Source: Ignavibacteriota bacterium
Lineage (GTDB): Bacteria > Bacteroidota > Ignavibacteria > Ignavibacteriales > Melioribacteraceae
NCBI GenBank assembly: GCA_002746605.1
Contig: PDPT01000041.1
Span: 6,051-70,050, forward strand
Reading direction: 5' to 3'
DNA length: 64,000 nt
Positions 39,222 to 49,559 of this stretch are shown piece after piece. Numbering within the stretch: the first letter of the stretch is position 1; every line of letters starts with the position of its first letter. The translations under genes were made by a program, and so were the position numbers. A model generated the notes under the pieces. That model saw only the letters and a program-made list of their open reading frames with translations. It was not told where the DNA came from and made no database searches.

Positions 39222-39902
39222 ATGAAATTACGTTATTTTTCGCATTCGGCTTTTCAAATTACAACTGATAGTGATAAAGTTATTCTGATTGATCCTTTTC
39301 TTGATGATAACCCGACTTCACCCGTAAAATCCGAAGAAATAGAAAAAGTAGATTATATTGTTTTAACTCACGGTCATGGTGATCATATTGGTGATTCGTT
39401 TAAAATTGCTAAAAGAACTAATCCTTTATTTATTTGTGTAAATGAACTTGCTGATTATTGTGCCACAAAAGGTTTTAAAGCTCATAACATGCACATTGGC
39501 GGGGCATATAATTTTGAATTCGGCAGAGTGAAATTTACAATTGCTCATCATGGTTCAAAAACACCTGATGGACAGTATGTTGGTGAATCCGCGGGTGCTC
39601 TATTAACTATTGACAACAAAACAATTTATAATACCGGAGATACAGGGTTGTTTCTTGACATGAAATTAATCGGTGAGATGAATGAAATTGATTATATGCT
39701 TTTACCAATAGGTGATAACTTCACTATGGGAATTGATGATGCAATCAGAGCGGTTGAGTTTGCTAATCCTAAAATATCAATTCCAATGCACTATAACACT
39801 TGGGCACCAATTGAGTCTGATCCCGAATTGTTCAAGAAAAAATTAAACTCATTAAAACGTGAATGTATTGTAATGAATTACGGTCAAGAAATTCAACTTT
39901 AA
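39222..39902 (+). CDS. UPF0173-family metal-dependent hydrolase (MBL fold)
   Basis: 226 aa. ILIDPFLDDNP and LTHGHGDHIGD. GGGGA SD upstream. Confidence 0.8.
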   Translation: MKLRYFSHSAFQITTDSDKVILIDPFLDDNPTSPVKSEEIEKVDYIVLTHGHGDHIGDSFKIAKRTNPLFICVNELADYCATKGFKAHNMHIGGAYNFEFGRVKFTIAHHGSKTPDGQYVGESAGALLTIDNKTIYNTGDTGLFLDMKLIGEMNEIDYMLLPIGDNFTMGIDDAIRAVEFANPKISIPMHYNTWAPIESDPELFKKKLNSLKRECIVMNYGQEIQL

Positions 39903-40034
39903 TTCATACATACTTTACTAAGCTTACTTTGCGTTTTGCCTAGCAGCGGATAAAAAGTATGGTTTAATTTTCCGTAATTTGTTCCATATAAACTTGTTAC
40001 GGGCTTAAATAAATTATTAAAATTTTGGAAATTT

Positions 40035-40811
40035 ATGGCAAATATAATATCTATAGCGAATCAAAAAGGAGGAGTAGGTAAAACATCTACTGCTATAAAC
40101 TTATCGGCATCTATTGCTGCAGCCGAATATAAAACTTTACTAATTGATATAGACCCCCAAGCAAATTCGACACATGGTCTGGGAATTTACGATAACGAAA
40201 AAACAGTTTATGATGTTTTGATAGGAGCAGAATTAATAAATAATTGCATACTAAATACCTATATGCCTAATCTTGATATTCTTCCTTCCAGTATTGATCT
40301 TGTTGGTACGGAAGTAGAGGTAGTATCATTTTCCGATAGGGAGAAATTACTAAAGGAAGCAATAAAAGGTATTGAAGATGAGTATGAGTATATCTTAATT
40401 GATTGTCCTCCTTCATTAAGTATCCTTACATTAAATGCTCTTACTGCTTCCGATTCTTTGATTATTCCCGTACAATGTGAGTATTTTGCTTTGGAAGGAT
40501 TGGGACAGTTATTAAACACAATCAATATTGTCAGAAAAGAACTAAATCCTCAATTATCAATAAATGGTGTGTTATTAACTATGTATGACCAACGATTAAA
40601 TTTATCTAACCAAGTAGTAGAAGAGGTGAAGAAGTATTTTGGTGATAAAGTTTTCAAAACAATTATTCATAGGAATGTAAGAATTTCCGAAGCACCAAGT
40701 CATGCTAAACCCGTTATACTTTACGACGCAATTTCGATAGGAGCGAAAAATTATATTTCGCTTGCTTCCGAAGTAATTAATAGAAGTAAACAAAAAAACC
40801 AATTGAGTTAA
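40035..40811 (+). CDS. parA: Chromosome partitioning ATPase ParA/Soj
   Basis: 258 aa. Deviant Walker [25 protein letters not shown] and IDCPPSL. Confidence 0.93.
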   Translation: MANIISIANQKGGVGKTSTAINLSASIAAAEYKTLLIDIDPQANSTHGLGIYDNEKTVYDVLIGAELINNCILNTYMPNLDILPSSIDLVGTEVEVVSFSDREKLLKEAIKGIEDEYEYILIDCPPSLSILTLNALTASDSLIIPVQCEYFALEGLGQLLNTINIVRKELNPQLSINGVLLTMYDQRLNLSNQVVEEVKKYFGDKVFKTIIHRNVRISEAPSHAKPVILYDAISIGAKNYISLASEVINRSKQKNQLS

Positions 40812-40816
40812 AAAAT

Positions 40817-41767
40817 ATGAATAAAATAAAACCAGGATTAGGAAGGGGATTAGGCGCACTCATAAATCCCAAAGCACAAGAAGAAATTAATCGGCCGGTT
40901 GATATTAATAAAGATAATATTCAAAAGGATGATGGTAGTGTTAATGAAGTTTTAGTTAAGATTGAAGTTGAAAAAGTTGTTCCAAACCCATATCAGCCAA
41001 GGGTTGAATTTGATCCTAAATCGTTAAATGAATTAAAGCATTCGATTCTCCAAAACGGATTAGTACAGCCAATAACAGTAAGAAGAGGCAAAGAAGGGAA
41101 GTATGAATTAATTTCAGGTGAACGAAGGCTTAGGGCATGTAAAGATATTGGTTACAAAACAATACCAGCTTACATAATTCATATTCAATCAAAAGAAGCA
41201 ATGCTTGCTCTTGCTTTAATTGAAAATATCCAAAGAGAAGAGTTGAATGCAATTGAAGTTGCACTTGCTTATCAAAAACTTATTCAAGAATGTAATCTTT
41301 CTCAAGAACAAGTTTCGGAAAGAGTCGGTAAAGATAGGAGCACAATTGCAAACTCTTTGAGGTTGCTGAAATTACCCGAAGAAATTCAAAACAGCTTAAT
41401 AAAAAATGAAATATCTGCCGGACACGCAAGAGCTTTAATTAATTTATACGACGAAAACGCTCAATTAAGTTTGTTACAAAAAATAAAAAAAGATAACCTT
41501 TCTGTAAGAAAAGTTGAGCAGCTTGCAAAATCTTTTGTCAAAGAAAAGCAAAACGGTGCAATTGTACATCCCAAAAGTAAAGAACATAGCAGTGATTTAG
41601 TTTCCCAAAAAGATATTGAAAGTAAACTCAGAAATGTTTTTGGTACAAAAGTAACCTGCAGACAAAAGAAAGACGGAGCAGGACAAATAACAATAGATTT
41701 TTACTCAAATGATGAATTGGAAAGACTTTTTGACTTATTTGCGATTATTGAAAATAATAATTCCTAA
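40817..41767 (+). CDS. parB: Chromosome partitioning protein ParB/Spo0J
   Basis: 316 aa. GLGRGLGALI N-terminus, NPYQPR, ISGERRLRA box and an HTH (QEQVSERVGKDRSTIANSLRLL). Confidence 0.93.
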   Translation: MNKIKPGLGRGLGALINPKAQEEINRPVDINKDNIQKDDGSVNEVLVKIEVEKVVPNPYQPRVEFDPKSLNELKHSILQNGLVQPITVRRGKEGKYELISGERRLRACKDIGYKTIPAYIIHIQSKEAMLALALIENIQREELNAIEVALAYQKLIQECNLSQEQVSERVGKDRSTIANSLRLLKLPEEIQNSLIKNEISAGHARALINLYDENAQLSLLQKIKKDNLSVRKVEQLAKSFVKEKQNGAIVHPKSKEHSSDLVSQKDIESKLRNVFGTKVTCRQKKDGAGQITIDFYSNDELERLFDLFAIIENNNS

Positions 41768-42266
41768 ACTGATTTTAATTATAACTTTATTTTTGGCTGA
41801 GTCAAAAGTATTTGCTCAAACAGAAAAAGATTCACTCAATATTCCGCCGATTCAAGAAACTGCAGATAGTAGTTTTATAATGCAGAAATCACCAACCGGA
41901 GCAATGTTGCGAAGTGCCATACTGCCCGGCTGGGGACAATTTTATAATGAATCATATTGGAAAATACCAATAATTTGGGGATTGGGAGCATGGTTTATTT
42001 ATAATTGGAATGATTTAAATAATAATTACAAGTTTTATCGAGATTTATATAACCAAAGCCTTTCCGAAACCTCTACCGGCATATCAACATATAAATTATT
42101 CAGAGATGAGTATAGAGATGAAAGAGATCTCTTTGCAATATATTTTGGACTAACATATTTTTTGAATATTATTGATGCTTATGTTGATGCTCATCTATTT
42201 GATTTTGATATTAGATTTAACGGCTATACTCATCAGCCTGAGCTAAGAATAAAATTTAATTTATGA
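41709..42266 (+). CDS. DUF5683-like secreted/membrane protein commonly following parB in FCB-group genomes
   Basis: 185 aa. SAILPGWGQFYN motif. A signal-peptide-like MKIIIPKLILIITLFLA would start at TTG 41748, so the true start is uncertain. Overlaps the parB 3' end. Confidence 0.55.
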   Translation: MMNWKDFLTYLRLLKIIIPKLILIITLFLAESKVFAQTEKDSLNIPPIQETADSSFIMQKSPTGAMLRSAILPGWGQFYNESYWKIPIIWGLGAWFIYNWNDLNNNYKFYRDLYNQSLSETSTGISTYKLFRDEYRDERDLFAIYFGLTYFLNIIDAYVDAHLFDFDIRFNGYTHQPELRIKFNL

Positions 42267-42964
42267 AAACGAAACAGAATGAAAATATTTGTTCGAACTG
42301 TGGAACTAATAATCCATTCTATAAAAAGAATTGTACAAATTGTAAACATTATTTAAGAGCAACAGTAGTTAATATTGATTTATGGAAGACTATTTGGCTG
42401 TTATTTGAGAATCCCTCTAAAGCTTTTACCGATATTATTTTTGCGGAGCACAAAAATTTTTTGGTCCCACTTTTAACTTTATTATCGATTAAAATATATT
42501 TAACGGCTTTTATAATTCAATCGGTATTGCTATCTCTATCAAAAACTACAAATTATTTAATTTACAATACATTGATTCTATGTGGAATTTATATAGTCTC
42601 CATAGTTTTATTTTCATTTTTTTTTACAAAAATTACTAACAAGACGAGATTTAAAGATAATGTTTCTCTAATTACTTATTCTTTTATCCCTATTATTTTT
42701 TCATTGATTATTTTAACTCCCATTGAATATGGAATTTTTGGGGAGTATTGGTTTACTCATAATCCTTCGCCATTACTAATAAAGAAAAATTTAGCTTATA
42801 TTTTGTTTTTTTTAGAAGGAATAATGTCTCTGTTGAGTTTGATTTTTCTTTATGTCGCAATATCCATTCAAACTTCTTCAAGAATTTTTTCAATTATTAT
42901 TGCTGTTATTTTTATGGGAACTATTCTTTCCGAAATATTTTTTATTCCACATTTATTATTTTAA
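42263..42964 (+). CDS. Membrane protein with N-terminal zinc-ribbon (CxxC...CxxC) and about 5 TM helices (Yip1-like topology)
   Basis: 233 aa. CSNCGTNNPFYKKNCTNCKHY followed by five hydrophobic helices. ATGA overlap with the preceding ORF. Confidence 0.5.
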   Translation: MKTKQNENICSNCGTNNPFYKKNCTNCKHYLRATVVNIDLWKTIWLLFENPSKAFTDIIFAEHKNFLVPLLTLLSIKIYLTAFIIQSVLLSLSKTTNYLIYNTLILCGIYIVSIVLFSFFFTKITNKTRFKDNVSLITYSFIPIIFSLIILTPIEYGIFGEYWFTHNPSPLLIKKNLAYILFFLEGIMSLLSLIFLYVAISIQTSSRIFSIIIAVIFMGTILSEIFFIPHLLF

Positions 42965-43873
42965 TTTAGTTATATAATCTATTATATTACCATATCTTAA
43001 CCCACGACAACTAATGTAAATTCTGCTTAATTTTGTAAGTTCCATAAAGTACTTTAGAATTAATAAACCGGCAAAAATAACATCTTCTCTTCCTCTTACA
43101 ATTTCTTTGTAATTAGTTAAGATTTGTTTTGGGGTTAATCTTACTAACTTATTATAAAGTAACAACATATCTTTGTTGTTTAATGTAGAATTTTCGATTT
43201 TATTTTCATCATAAATTTCTATTCCTTGTTTAATGCAGGAAAGAGTCGTGGGAGTTCCGGCAACAGCTATGGTTGGGATTTTCTTTGGAATGCTAAAAGA
43301 TATTGGCTCAAAAATTTTCTTTAAATGTTCTGTTGCCAATTCAATTTGTCCTTCTGAATAAGGAGGTTTTCGTAAGAATTCTTCGGTTAAACTTACAACT
43401 CCAATTTGAAAACTATTTTTAAAGAGAATTTCGTTATTATTTCCGTAAATTATTTCTGTGCTCCCACCCCCAATATCTATAACTACCTTACTATTTACTT
43501 GGGAAAGTGTAGAAGATGCTCCCCAGTAAGATAACTCTGCTTCTTTTTTACCTTCAATTATTTCAACATTCATGTCTAGTTTATTTTTTACTAAACTAAT
43601 AATTTCATCTGAGTTGGCAGCAATTCTCATTGCGTTTGTAGCTGTTATAATTGTTTTGTAACATTTATATGTTTCAATTATTTTTTTGTAGTCGGTTAAA
43701 ATATTGAGTAATTTTTCAATTTTCTCATCTAAAATTTTTCCGCCATAAGTTAAGTTTTTGCCAAGTCTCGGACTTTCAAATCTATTTTCAATAACTTGTA
43801 AATTTCCTTTTTCGATTTTAGCGATTAATAAAATTACTGTGTTGGAGCCAATATCAATTGATGCTAGATTCAT
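42956..43873 (-). CDS. ppx: Ppx/GppA-family phosphatase (short, N-terminal ASKHA domains only)
   Basis: 305 aa. ASIDIGSNTVILLIA and VIDIGGGSTEIIYG phosphate loops. Tail-to-tail 9-nt overlap with the preceding + strand ORF. Confidence 0.8.
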   Translation of the reverse strand: MNLASIDIGSNTVILLIAKIEKGNLQVIENRFESPRLGKNLTYGGKILDEKIEKLLNILTDYKKIIETYKCYKTIITATNAMRIAANSDEIISLVKNKLDMNVEIIEGKKEAELSYWGASSTLSQVNSKVVIDIGGGSTEIIYGNNNEILFKNSFQIGVVSLTEEFLRKPPYSEGQIELATEHLKKIFEPISFSIPKKIPTIAVAGTPTTLSCIKQGIEIYDENKIENSTLNNKDMLLLYNKLVRLTPKQILTNYKEIVRGREDVIFAGLLILKYFMELTKLSRIYISCRGLRYGNIIDYITKLK

Positions 43874-44095
43874 TTTCTTTTGTTTATGTGATTAAAAAAT
43901 TTATTATTTTAGTGGAAACATATGAAAAATTAAAGTGTTTATCATTTCGGATTCATTTCGAAATTGAAAAAAGTTAGATGCTCACTAATCCGTCATTCTT
44001 TTCTGTTAATTAACAGTTTGTAAAGGCGAACAGCATCATTCATTTTTTACAACATAATTTTTCTGAATTTTCCAATTACTTAAAACACAATAATA

Positions 44096-44368
44096 ATGAA
44101 AATTAAAGAAAAAGAATTCGAAACAATTTTGGAAGATTTAAAATCTCTTGCAGTGCAAATGGGTGCAAAGGTAAGATTTGAAAGAGGAGATTTTAAAGGT
44201 GGTTACTGTTTGGTGAAAGATAGTAGAATAATAGTAATTAACAAACTTTCTACAACGCAGCGAAAAGTGATAACACTTTCTGCCGCCCTTAAAGAACTTG
44301 GGATAGATGATATTTATCTTCCGCCTAAGTTAAGAGAAATTATAAACGAAATGGATGAATCTCAATGA
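44096..44368 (+). CDS. Small conserved-looking hypothetical protein (90 aa)
   Basis: Balanced, non-low-complexity composition (…VRFERGDFKGGYCLVKDSRIIVINK…). Its stop overlaps the aroQ ATG (ATGA). Confidence 0.5.
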   Translation: MKIKEKEFETILEDLKSLAVQMGAKVRFERGDFKGGYCLVKDSRIIVINKLSTTQRKVITLSAALKELGIDDIYLPPKLREIINEMDESQ

Positions 44369-44781
44369 AAATACTCGTTATAAACGGACCTAATCTAAAC
44401 ATGCTGGGTAAGAGAAATCCTGATGAATATGGAAACATAACATTAGATGATATTGAAAAAAAAATTTTAAAGGAGTTTCCTAATCATGAATTTGAATTTT
44501 TTCAAAGTAACATTGAAGGAGAAATTGTTTCAAAAATACAAACCACACAAAACAACTTTGATGCTTTAGTAATAAATTCCGGTGGATACACTCATACATC
44601 CGTTGCAATTAAAGATGCGTTAGAAATTCTGACGATTCCTAAAATAGAAGTGCACCTTTCCAAACTTGCTTCGCGAGAAGATTTCAGACAAAAAATGATT
44701 ACAACCACAAGTGTTGACGGTTACATTTCCGGGTTTAAAGAGAAGAGCTATTTGGCAGCGATATATTTGTTAGTTCATTAA
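44365..44781 (+). CDS. aroQ: 3-dehydroquinate dehydratase, type II
   Basis: 138 aa. ILVINGPNLNMLGKRNP, NSGGYTHTSVAIKDA and EVHLSK motifs. Confidence 0.93.
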   Translation: MKILVINGPNLNMLGKRNPDEYGNITLDDIEKKILKEFPNHEFEFFQSNIEGEIVSKIQTTQNNFDALVINSGGYTHTSVAIKDALEILTIPKIEVHLSKLASREDFRQKMITTTSVDGYISGFKEKSYLAAIYLLVH

Positions 44782-45182
44782 CCTTTTATAATTTCAGGCT
44801 AATACCAATATTATGATACAGCTAACTGACAAACTTTATCTCAAGCTTTATATTATAAATTTTTAGTTTAAGAGTAATCTAAAAGGATAGCTGATAGATA
44901 GAATAAAACTATAAATATTAATATATTTGCATGATAAATTAACTAAAAAAAGCATCAGTTTTTTTCAAGATAATTAACTGCAATTTGTTTTCGTCAATTG
45001 AGGGATGATGAATAGTAGGATAAAAATAGAGTTTGCTAAAAATTAGTTTTTGAAAATGAGGAAATAATGAATATAAAATTTAAAGAAATAATATTTCTTT
45101 TCTCATTATTTATAACAATCATAATTGTTCAGAATCAAGTTGATGTTGAATATGGAATTTAAAATAGTGAGATAATTAAGTA

Positions 45183-47375
45183 ATGATTAGAGTTGATAAG
45201 TTCACTTTTATAGTTATTCTAATTTTAATTACCGGAATAACAAAAATTTTTTCTCAAAAAAAAATGATTGATGATGAGTTACTAAAAAAAGTAGTTTCTG
45301 TTTTGCCGCATGAACGTCAATACAATTGGCAAAAGAATGAGTTTACTGCTTTTATTCATTTCGGTGTGAATACTTTTAGTGAAAGAGAATGGGGAACAGG
45401 TTTAGAAGACCCGAAAATATTTAATCCTGCAAATCTAAATACTGACCAGTGGTGTGAAGCAATAAAATCTGCCGGAATGAAAATGATTGTCTTTACTGCA
45501 AAGCATCATGACGGATTTTGTTTGTGGCAGACACGCTATACTAAACACTCTGTTAGTTCTTCGGAATGGAAGAACGGGAATGGAGATGTGTTAAAAGAAC
45601 TCTCGAAATCTTGCAAAAAGTACGGATTAAAACTTGGTGTTTATTTATCGCCTGCCGATTTATATCAAATTGAATCGCCAGAAGGTTTGTATGGTAATAA
45701 AAGTCAATATAGCTTGCGGACAATTCCAAGAAAAATTGCCGGAAGAGAATTTGAAGATAAAAGAACATTTCAATTTAATGTTGATGATTATAACGAATAC
45801 TTTCTAAACCAGCTTTTTGAATTACTAACAGAATATGGACCAATAGATGAAGTTTGGTTTGATGGTGCTCACCCTAAGCGGAAAGGGAATCAGCAATATG
45901 CTTATCACGATTGGTTCAAACTAATTAGAAAACTTGCTCCCGAAGCAGTAATTTTTGGCAAAGGTCCCGATGTTCGCTGGTGCGGTAACGAAGCCGGTAG
46001 TACAAGAAAATCGGAATGGTCTGTAATTCCAATTGAAGGTAAAAGAGAAAATTGGGTTTGGAATGATATGGTTGAAGATGATTTGGGTTCATTAAATAAA
46101 ATTAAGAACGTAATGGGAAATGGTGGTTTTTTGCATTGGTATCCCGCAGAAACTAATACATCAATAAGGCACGGTTGGTTTTGGCGAGATGAAAATCAAT
46201 ATGTAAAAACAACAAATGAAATTCTGGATATTTGGTTCCGTTCGGTTGGTGGTAACAGTGTTTTCCTTTTGAATATTCCTCCTAATAGTGATGGTCTTAT
46301 CTCGGAAAGAGATGTAAAGGTTTTGCAAGAAGTCGGACAAAAAATTACTGAAACCTTTGAAAATAATCTTTCTGTTGATGCAAAAATAAAAGCATCATCT
46401 TATAAATCCCAAAAATACAAACCGAAAAATATTTTAGATCAAAATTTAGATAAATGTTGGATGCCGAAAGAAGATGATAAATCTCCTAATGTTGAAATTT
46501 CATTATCGGAAAAACAAAAATTTAATGTAATAGCTTTACAAGAACAAATTCAAAACTATTCGCAAAGAATTTCTGAATTTAAAATTGAGGCTCAAATAAA
46601 TAATAAGTGGAAAACTATTGCACAAGGCACAACTGTTGGTTACAAGAAAATTTGCAGAATTCCAATTGTTACTTCTCAAAAATTAAAATTAACAATTTTG
46701 GATTCAAGACTCTCACCAACTATCAATAACTTTGCACTCTATTACGAAGAGCGAACTTTGGATGCTCCGGTTATTAAAAGAAGCAAAGATGGTTTTGTTG
46801 AAATACATTCGCAGAGCAACGGTGAGATCAAATTTACAACTGACGGAACCGAACCTAATAAAAATTCCAAAACATATTCCCAAAAATTTTCATTTAAGAA
46901 ATCCGGAATAATCAAAGCAATTCTATTTAATGATAATCTGCAAAGCGAAGTTGCAACTAAAAATTTTGATATTTCCAAAAATAAGTGGAAAATACTGGAT
47001 GCTTCGGGAGCTAAAGAGACGGCAAAGAATCTTATAGACGAAGATGAAAATACAAATTGGTTTTCTAATGATGTAAAAAAATTTATTTCAATTGATCTTG
47101 GTGAAGAGCTATTAATTAAAGGTTTTACTTACACTCCAAATAAAAAGAATCTCGAAGGCACAATCGAGAAATACGAATTTTATGCAAGTGATAATGGCAA
47201 GGATTGGAAATCAATAAAACAGGCAAGTTTTGATAATATTCGGAATAATCCTGTTAAGCAATTTATCCATTTTGAAAATGAAATTTCAGCAACTTTTATT
47301 AAATTAATCTCTTTAAAAGAAATTAATAATAATGATTTTATTTCCGCTTCTGAAATTGGGATATTAACACAATAA
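45183..47375 (+). CDS. Secreted GH29 alpha-L-fucosidase with C-terminal beta-sandwich (F5/8 type C / discoidin-like) modules
   Basis: 730 aa with a signal peptide. FIHFGVNTF, FTAKHHDGFCLWQT, EVWFDGA and NIPPNSDG blocks of GH29. C-terminal NLIDEDENTNWFS…IKGFTYTP resembles a discoidin domain. Confidence 0.88.
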   Translation: MIRVDKFTFIVILILITGITKIFSQKKMIDDELLKKVVSVLPHERQYNWQKNEFTAFIHFGVNTFSEREWGTGLEDPKIFNPANLNTDQWCEAIKSAGMKMIVFTAKHHDGFCLWQTRYTKHSVSSSEWKNGNGDVLKELSKSCKKYGLKLGVYLSPADLYQIESPEGLYGNKSQYSLRTIPRKIAGREFEDKRTFQFNVDDYNEYFLNQLFELLTEYGPIDEVWFDGAHPKRKGNQQYAYHDWFKLIRKLAPEAVIFGKGPDVRWCGNEAGSTRKSEWSVIPIEGKRENWVWNDMVEDDLGSLNKIKNVMGNGGFLHWYPAETNTSIRHGWFWRDENQYVKTTNEILDIWFRSVGGNSVFLLNIPPNSDGLISERDVKVLQEVGQKITETFENNLSVDAKIKASSYKSQKYKPKNILDQNLDKCWMPKEDDKSPNVEISLSEKQKFNVIALQEQIQNYSQRISEFKIEAQINNKWKTIAQGTTVGYKKICRIPIVTSQKLKLTILDSRLSPTINNFALYYEERTLDAPVIKRSKDGFVEIHSQSNGEIKFTTDGTEPNKNSKTYSQKFSFKKSGIIKAILFNDNLQSEVATKNFDISKNKWKILDASGAKETAKNLIDEDENTNWFSNDVKKFISIDLGEELLIKGFTYTPNKKNLEGTIEKYEFYASDNGKDWKSIKQASFDNIRNNPVKQFIHFENEISATFIKLISLKEINNNDFISASEIGILTQ

Positions 47376-47405
47376 GCGGTTTTTACGGTAACAAAAATTT
47401 AAAAT

Positions 47406-49487
47406 ATGAAAAGAAAACAATTTATTAAAAACATTTCAATTGCTACGGCAGGTTTAACTTTATCACCATATTTATCAGATATTTTTGCAAAAGATAAAAG
47501 GTATAATTTCATCTTCATTATGACCGATGATCATGCTTATCAAGCAATAAGTAGTTACGGAAGTAAAATTAATAAAACTCCAAACATAGATAGACTTGCA
47601 AAAGAAGGTGTTTTATTTGAACAAAGTTTTGTAACTAATTCTATTTGCGGTCCAAGTCGTGCTTGTATGCTGACCGGAAAGTATAATCATCTGAACGGGA
47701 TGATAGATAATTCAACAGCCTTTGATGGTTCGCAACAAACTTTTATTAAGCTTTTAAGAGATAGCGGTTACACAACATCAATTATAGGTAAATGGCATTT
47801 GAAAAGTGAACCGACCGGTTTTGATTATTGGAATATTCTCCCCGGACAAGGTCAATATTATAATCCCGATTTTATCGAAATGGGTGAACAAAAAAGAGTT
47901 GAAGGTTATGCAACGGATTTAATAACAGATTTTGCACTTGATTGGTTGAATAAAAGAGATAACAAAAAACCATTCTGTCTGTTGCTGCATCATAAAGCAC
48001 CGCACAGAAATTGGCAGCCGGGTCCAAAACATTTAACAAAATATGATGATGAAGAAATTCCAATACCCGAAACTTTTTATGATGATTATTCTACACGGAC
48101 AAGTTCGGCGAAAGAACAGGAAATGGAAATAGATGAAGATATGTATCTTTCATACGATTTGAAAGTTCCTTTGACAGAAGAAGAGAAAATAAAGTTTGCT
48201 AATGAGAAATTAGATAATTGGTGGAAAAGTATTTCCGAAAGAATGACACCGAAACAACGAGCTGATTGGAATAAGGCTTACAAAGAAAAAAATGAGATAT
48301 TTAAAAACAGTAATCTTAAAGGGAAAAAACTTGCAGAATGGAAATATCAAAGATATATAAAAGATTATTTACGCTGTGTTGCTTCGGTTGATGATAACAT
48401 TGGGAGGGTTCTGGATTATGTTGAAGAAAACAATTTAAGTGATAATACAATTATTATTTACACATCCGATCAAGGATTTTATCTTGGTGAGCACGGCTGG
48501 TTCGATAAAAGATTTATGTACGAAGAATCTCAAAAAACTCCGCTTATAATTAAAGTCCCAAATGCTAAAAAGGGAATTACCAATTCTGAAAATATGGTTG
48601 TAAATATTGATTATGCTCCAACTTTTTTAGATTATGCAGGAGTAAAAATTCCAAACGATATGCAAGGTAAATCATTAAAGAAAATTATTGAAGGAACAAA
48701 TCCAAATGATTGGCGGACTTCGGTTTATTATCATTATTTTGAGTATCCTGCAGAGCATAACGTAAGAAGGCACTACGGAATCAGAACACAAAAATATAAA
48801 CTCATTCATTTTTATTATGATGTTGATGAATGGGAATTGTATGATTTAGAAAATGATCCGCATGAGCTTAATAATATTTACGATAAGCCCGAAAATAAAG
48901 ATTTGATTATAGAATTAAAAAAAGAATTGGATAAACTTAGAGTTCAATATGATGACACTGATGAGACGAAATTTCTTCCCCAAAATAATATGAAAGTTGA
49001 GCATAAAGGAATTGGTGCAGATGTAAAGTATGTACACAATTACTCAAAAAAATATTCTGGTGATAATAATGTTTTATTTGACGGTTTATGTGCTCCCCAA
49101 AAATTAACATCGCATGTTGATCTTTCAATTTGGCAGGGATTTAAAAAGAACGATTTAATTGCTGAAGTAGTTTTGCCTAAAACTACAGATATAAAAAGTA
49201 TAAGAATTGGATTTTTGCAGTTTTCAGAATCTTGGATTTTTTTACCGGAGTGGGTACATGTTTTATATTCTCTTGATAATAAAAATTTTAATTCTCTTGG
49301 AAAGTTAAATAGAAAGTCTGATATAAAATCGACAAAAATATTTAAAGAAAATTTTGATTTTAATTTTGAAATGATAAAAGCAAAATACATAAAAATTATA
49401 TCTAAAAATATTGGTCTTTGTCCTGATTGGCATCAAGGTTCAGGAAAACCTGCTTGGATATTTTCTGATGAAGTAATAATTAAATAA
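47406..49487 (+). CDS. Family S1 formylglycine-dependent sulfatase (GlcNAc-6-sulfatase-like) with extra C-terminal domain of about 170 aa
   Basis: 693 aa. IFIMTDDH metal site. SICGPSRACMLTG carries the CxPxR FGly motif. GKWHL and YTSDQGFYLGEHGW. N-terminal KRKQFIKNISIATAGLTL signal. Confidence 0.88.
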   Translation: MKRKQFIKNISIATAGLTLSPYLSDIFAKDKRYNFIFIMTDDHAYQAISSYGSKINKTPNIDRLAKEGVLFEQSFVTNSICGPSRACMLTGKYNHLNGMIDNSTAFDGSQQTFIKLLRDSGYTTSIIGKWHLKSEPTGFDYWNILPGQGQYYNPDFIEMGEQKRVEGYATDLITDFALDWLNKRDNKKPFCLLLHHKAPHRNWQPGPKHLTKYDDEEIPIPETFYDDYSTRTSSAKEQEMEIDEDMYLSYDLKVPLTEEEKIKFANEKLDNWWKSISERMTPKQRADWNKAYKEKNEIFKNSNLKGKKLAEWKYQRYIKDYLRCVASVDDNIGRVLDYVEENNLSDNTIIIYTSDQGFYLGEHGWFDKRFMYEESQKTPLIIKVPNAKKGITNSENMVVNIDYAPTFLDYAGVKIPNDMQGKSLKKIIEGTNPNDWRTSVYYHYFEYPAEHNVRRHYGIRTQKYKLIHFYYDVDEWELYDLENDPHELNNIYDKPENKDLIIELKKELDKLRVQYDDTDETKFLPQNNMKVEHKGIGADVKYVHNYSKKYSGDNNVLFDGLCAPQKLTSHVDLSIWQGFKKNDLIAEVVLPKTTDIKSIRIGFLQFSESWIFLPEWVHVLYSLDNKNFNSLGKLNRKSDIKSTKIFKENFDFNFEMIKAKYIKIISKNIGLCPDWHQGSGKPAWIFSDEVIIK

Positions 49488-49559
49488 ATTAAACATAAAA
49501 AATAAAAATATAAAGAATTTAATAATAAAATATTTAAAAATATTAAGGAAAAAAATAAT

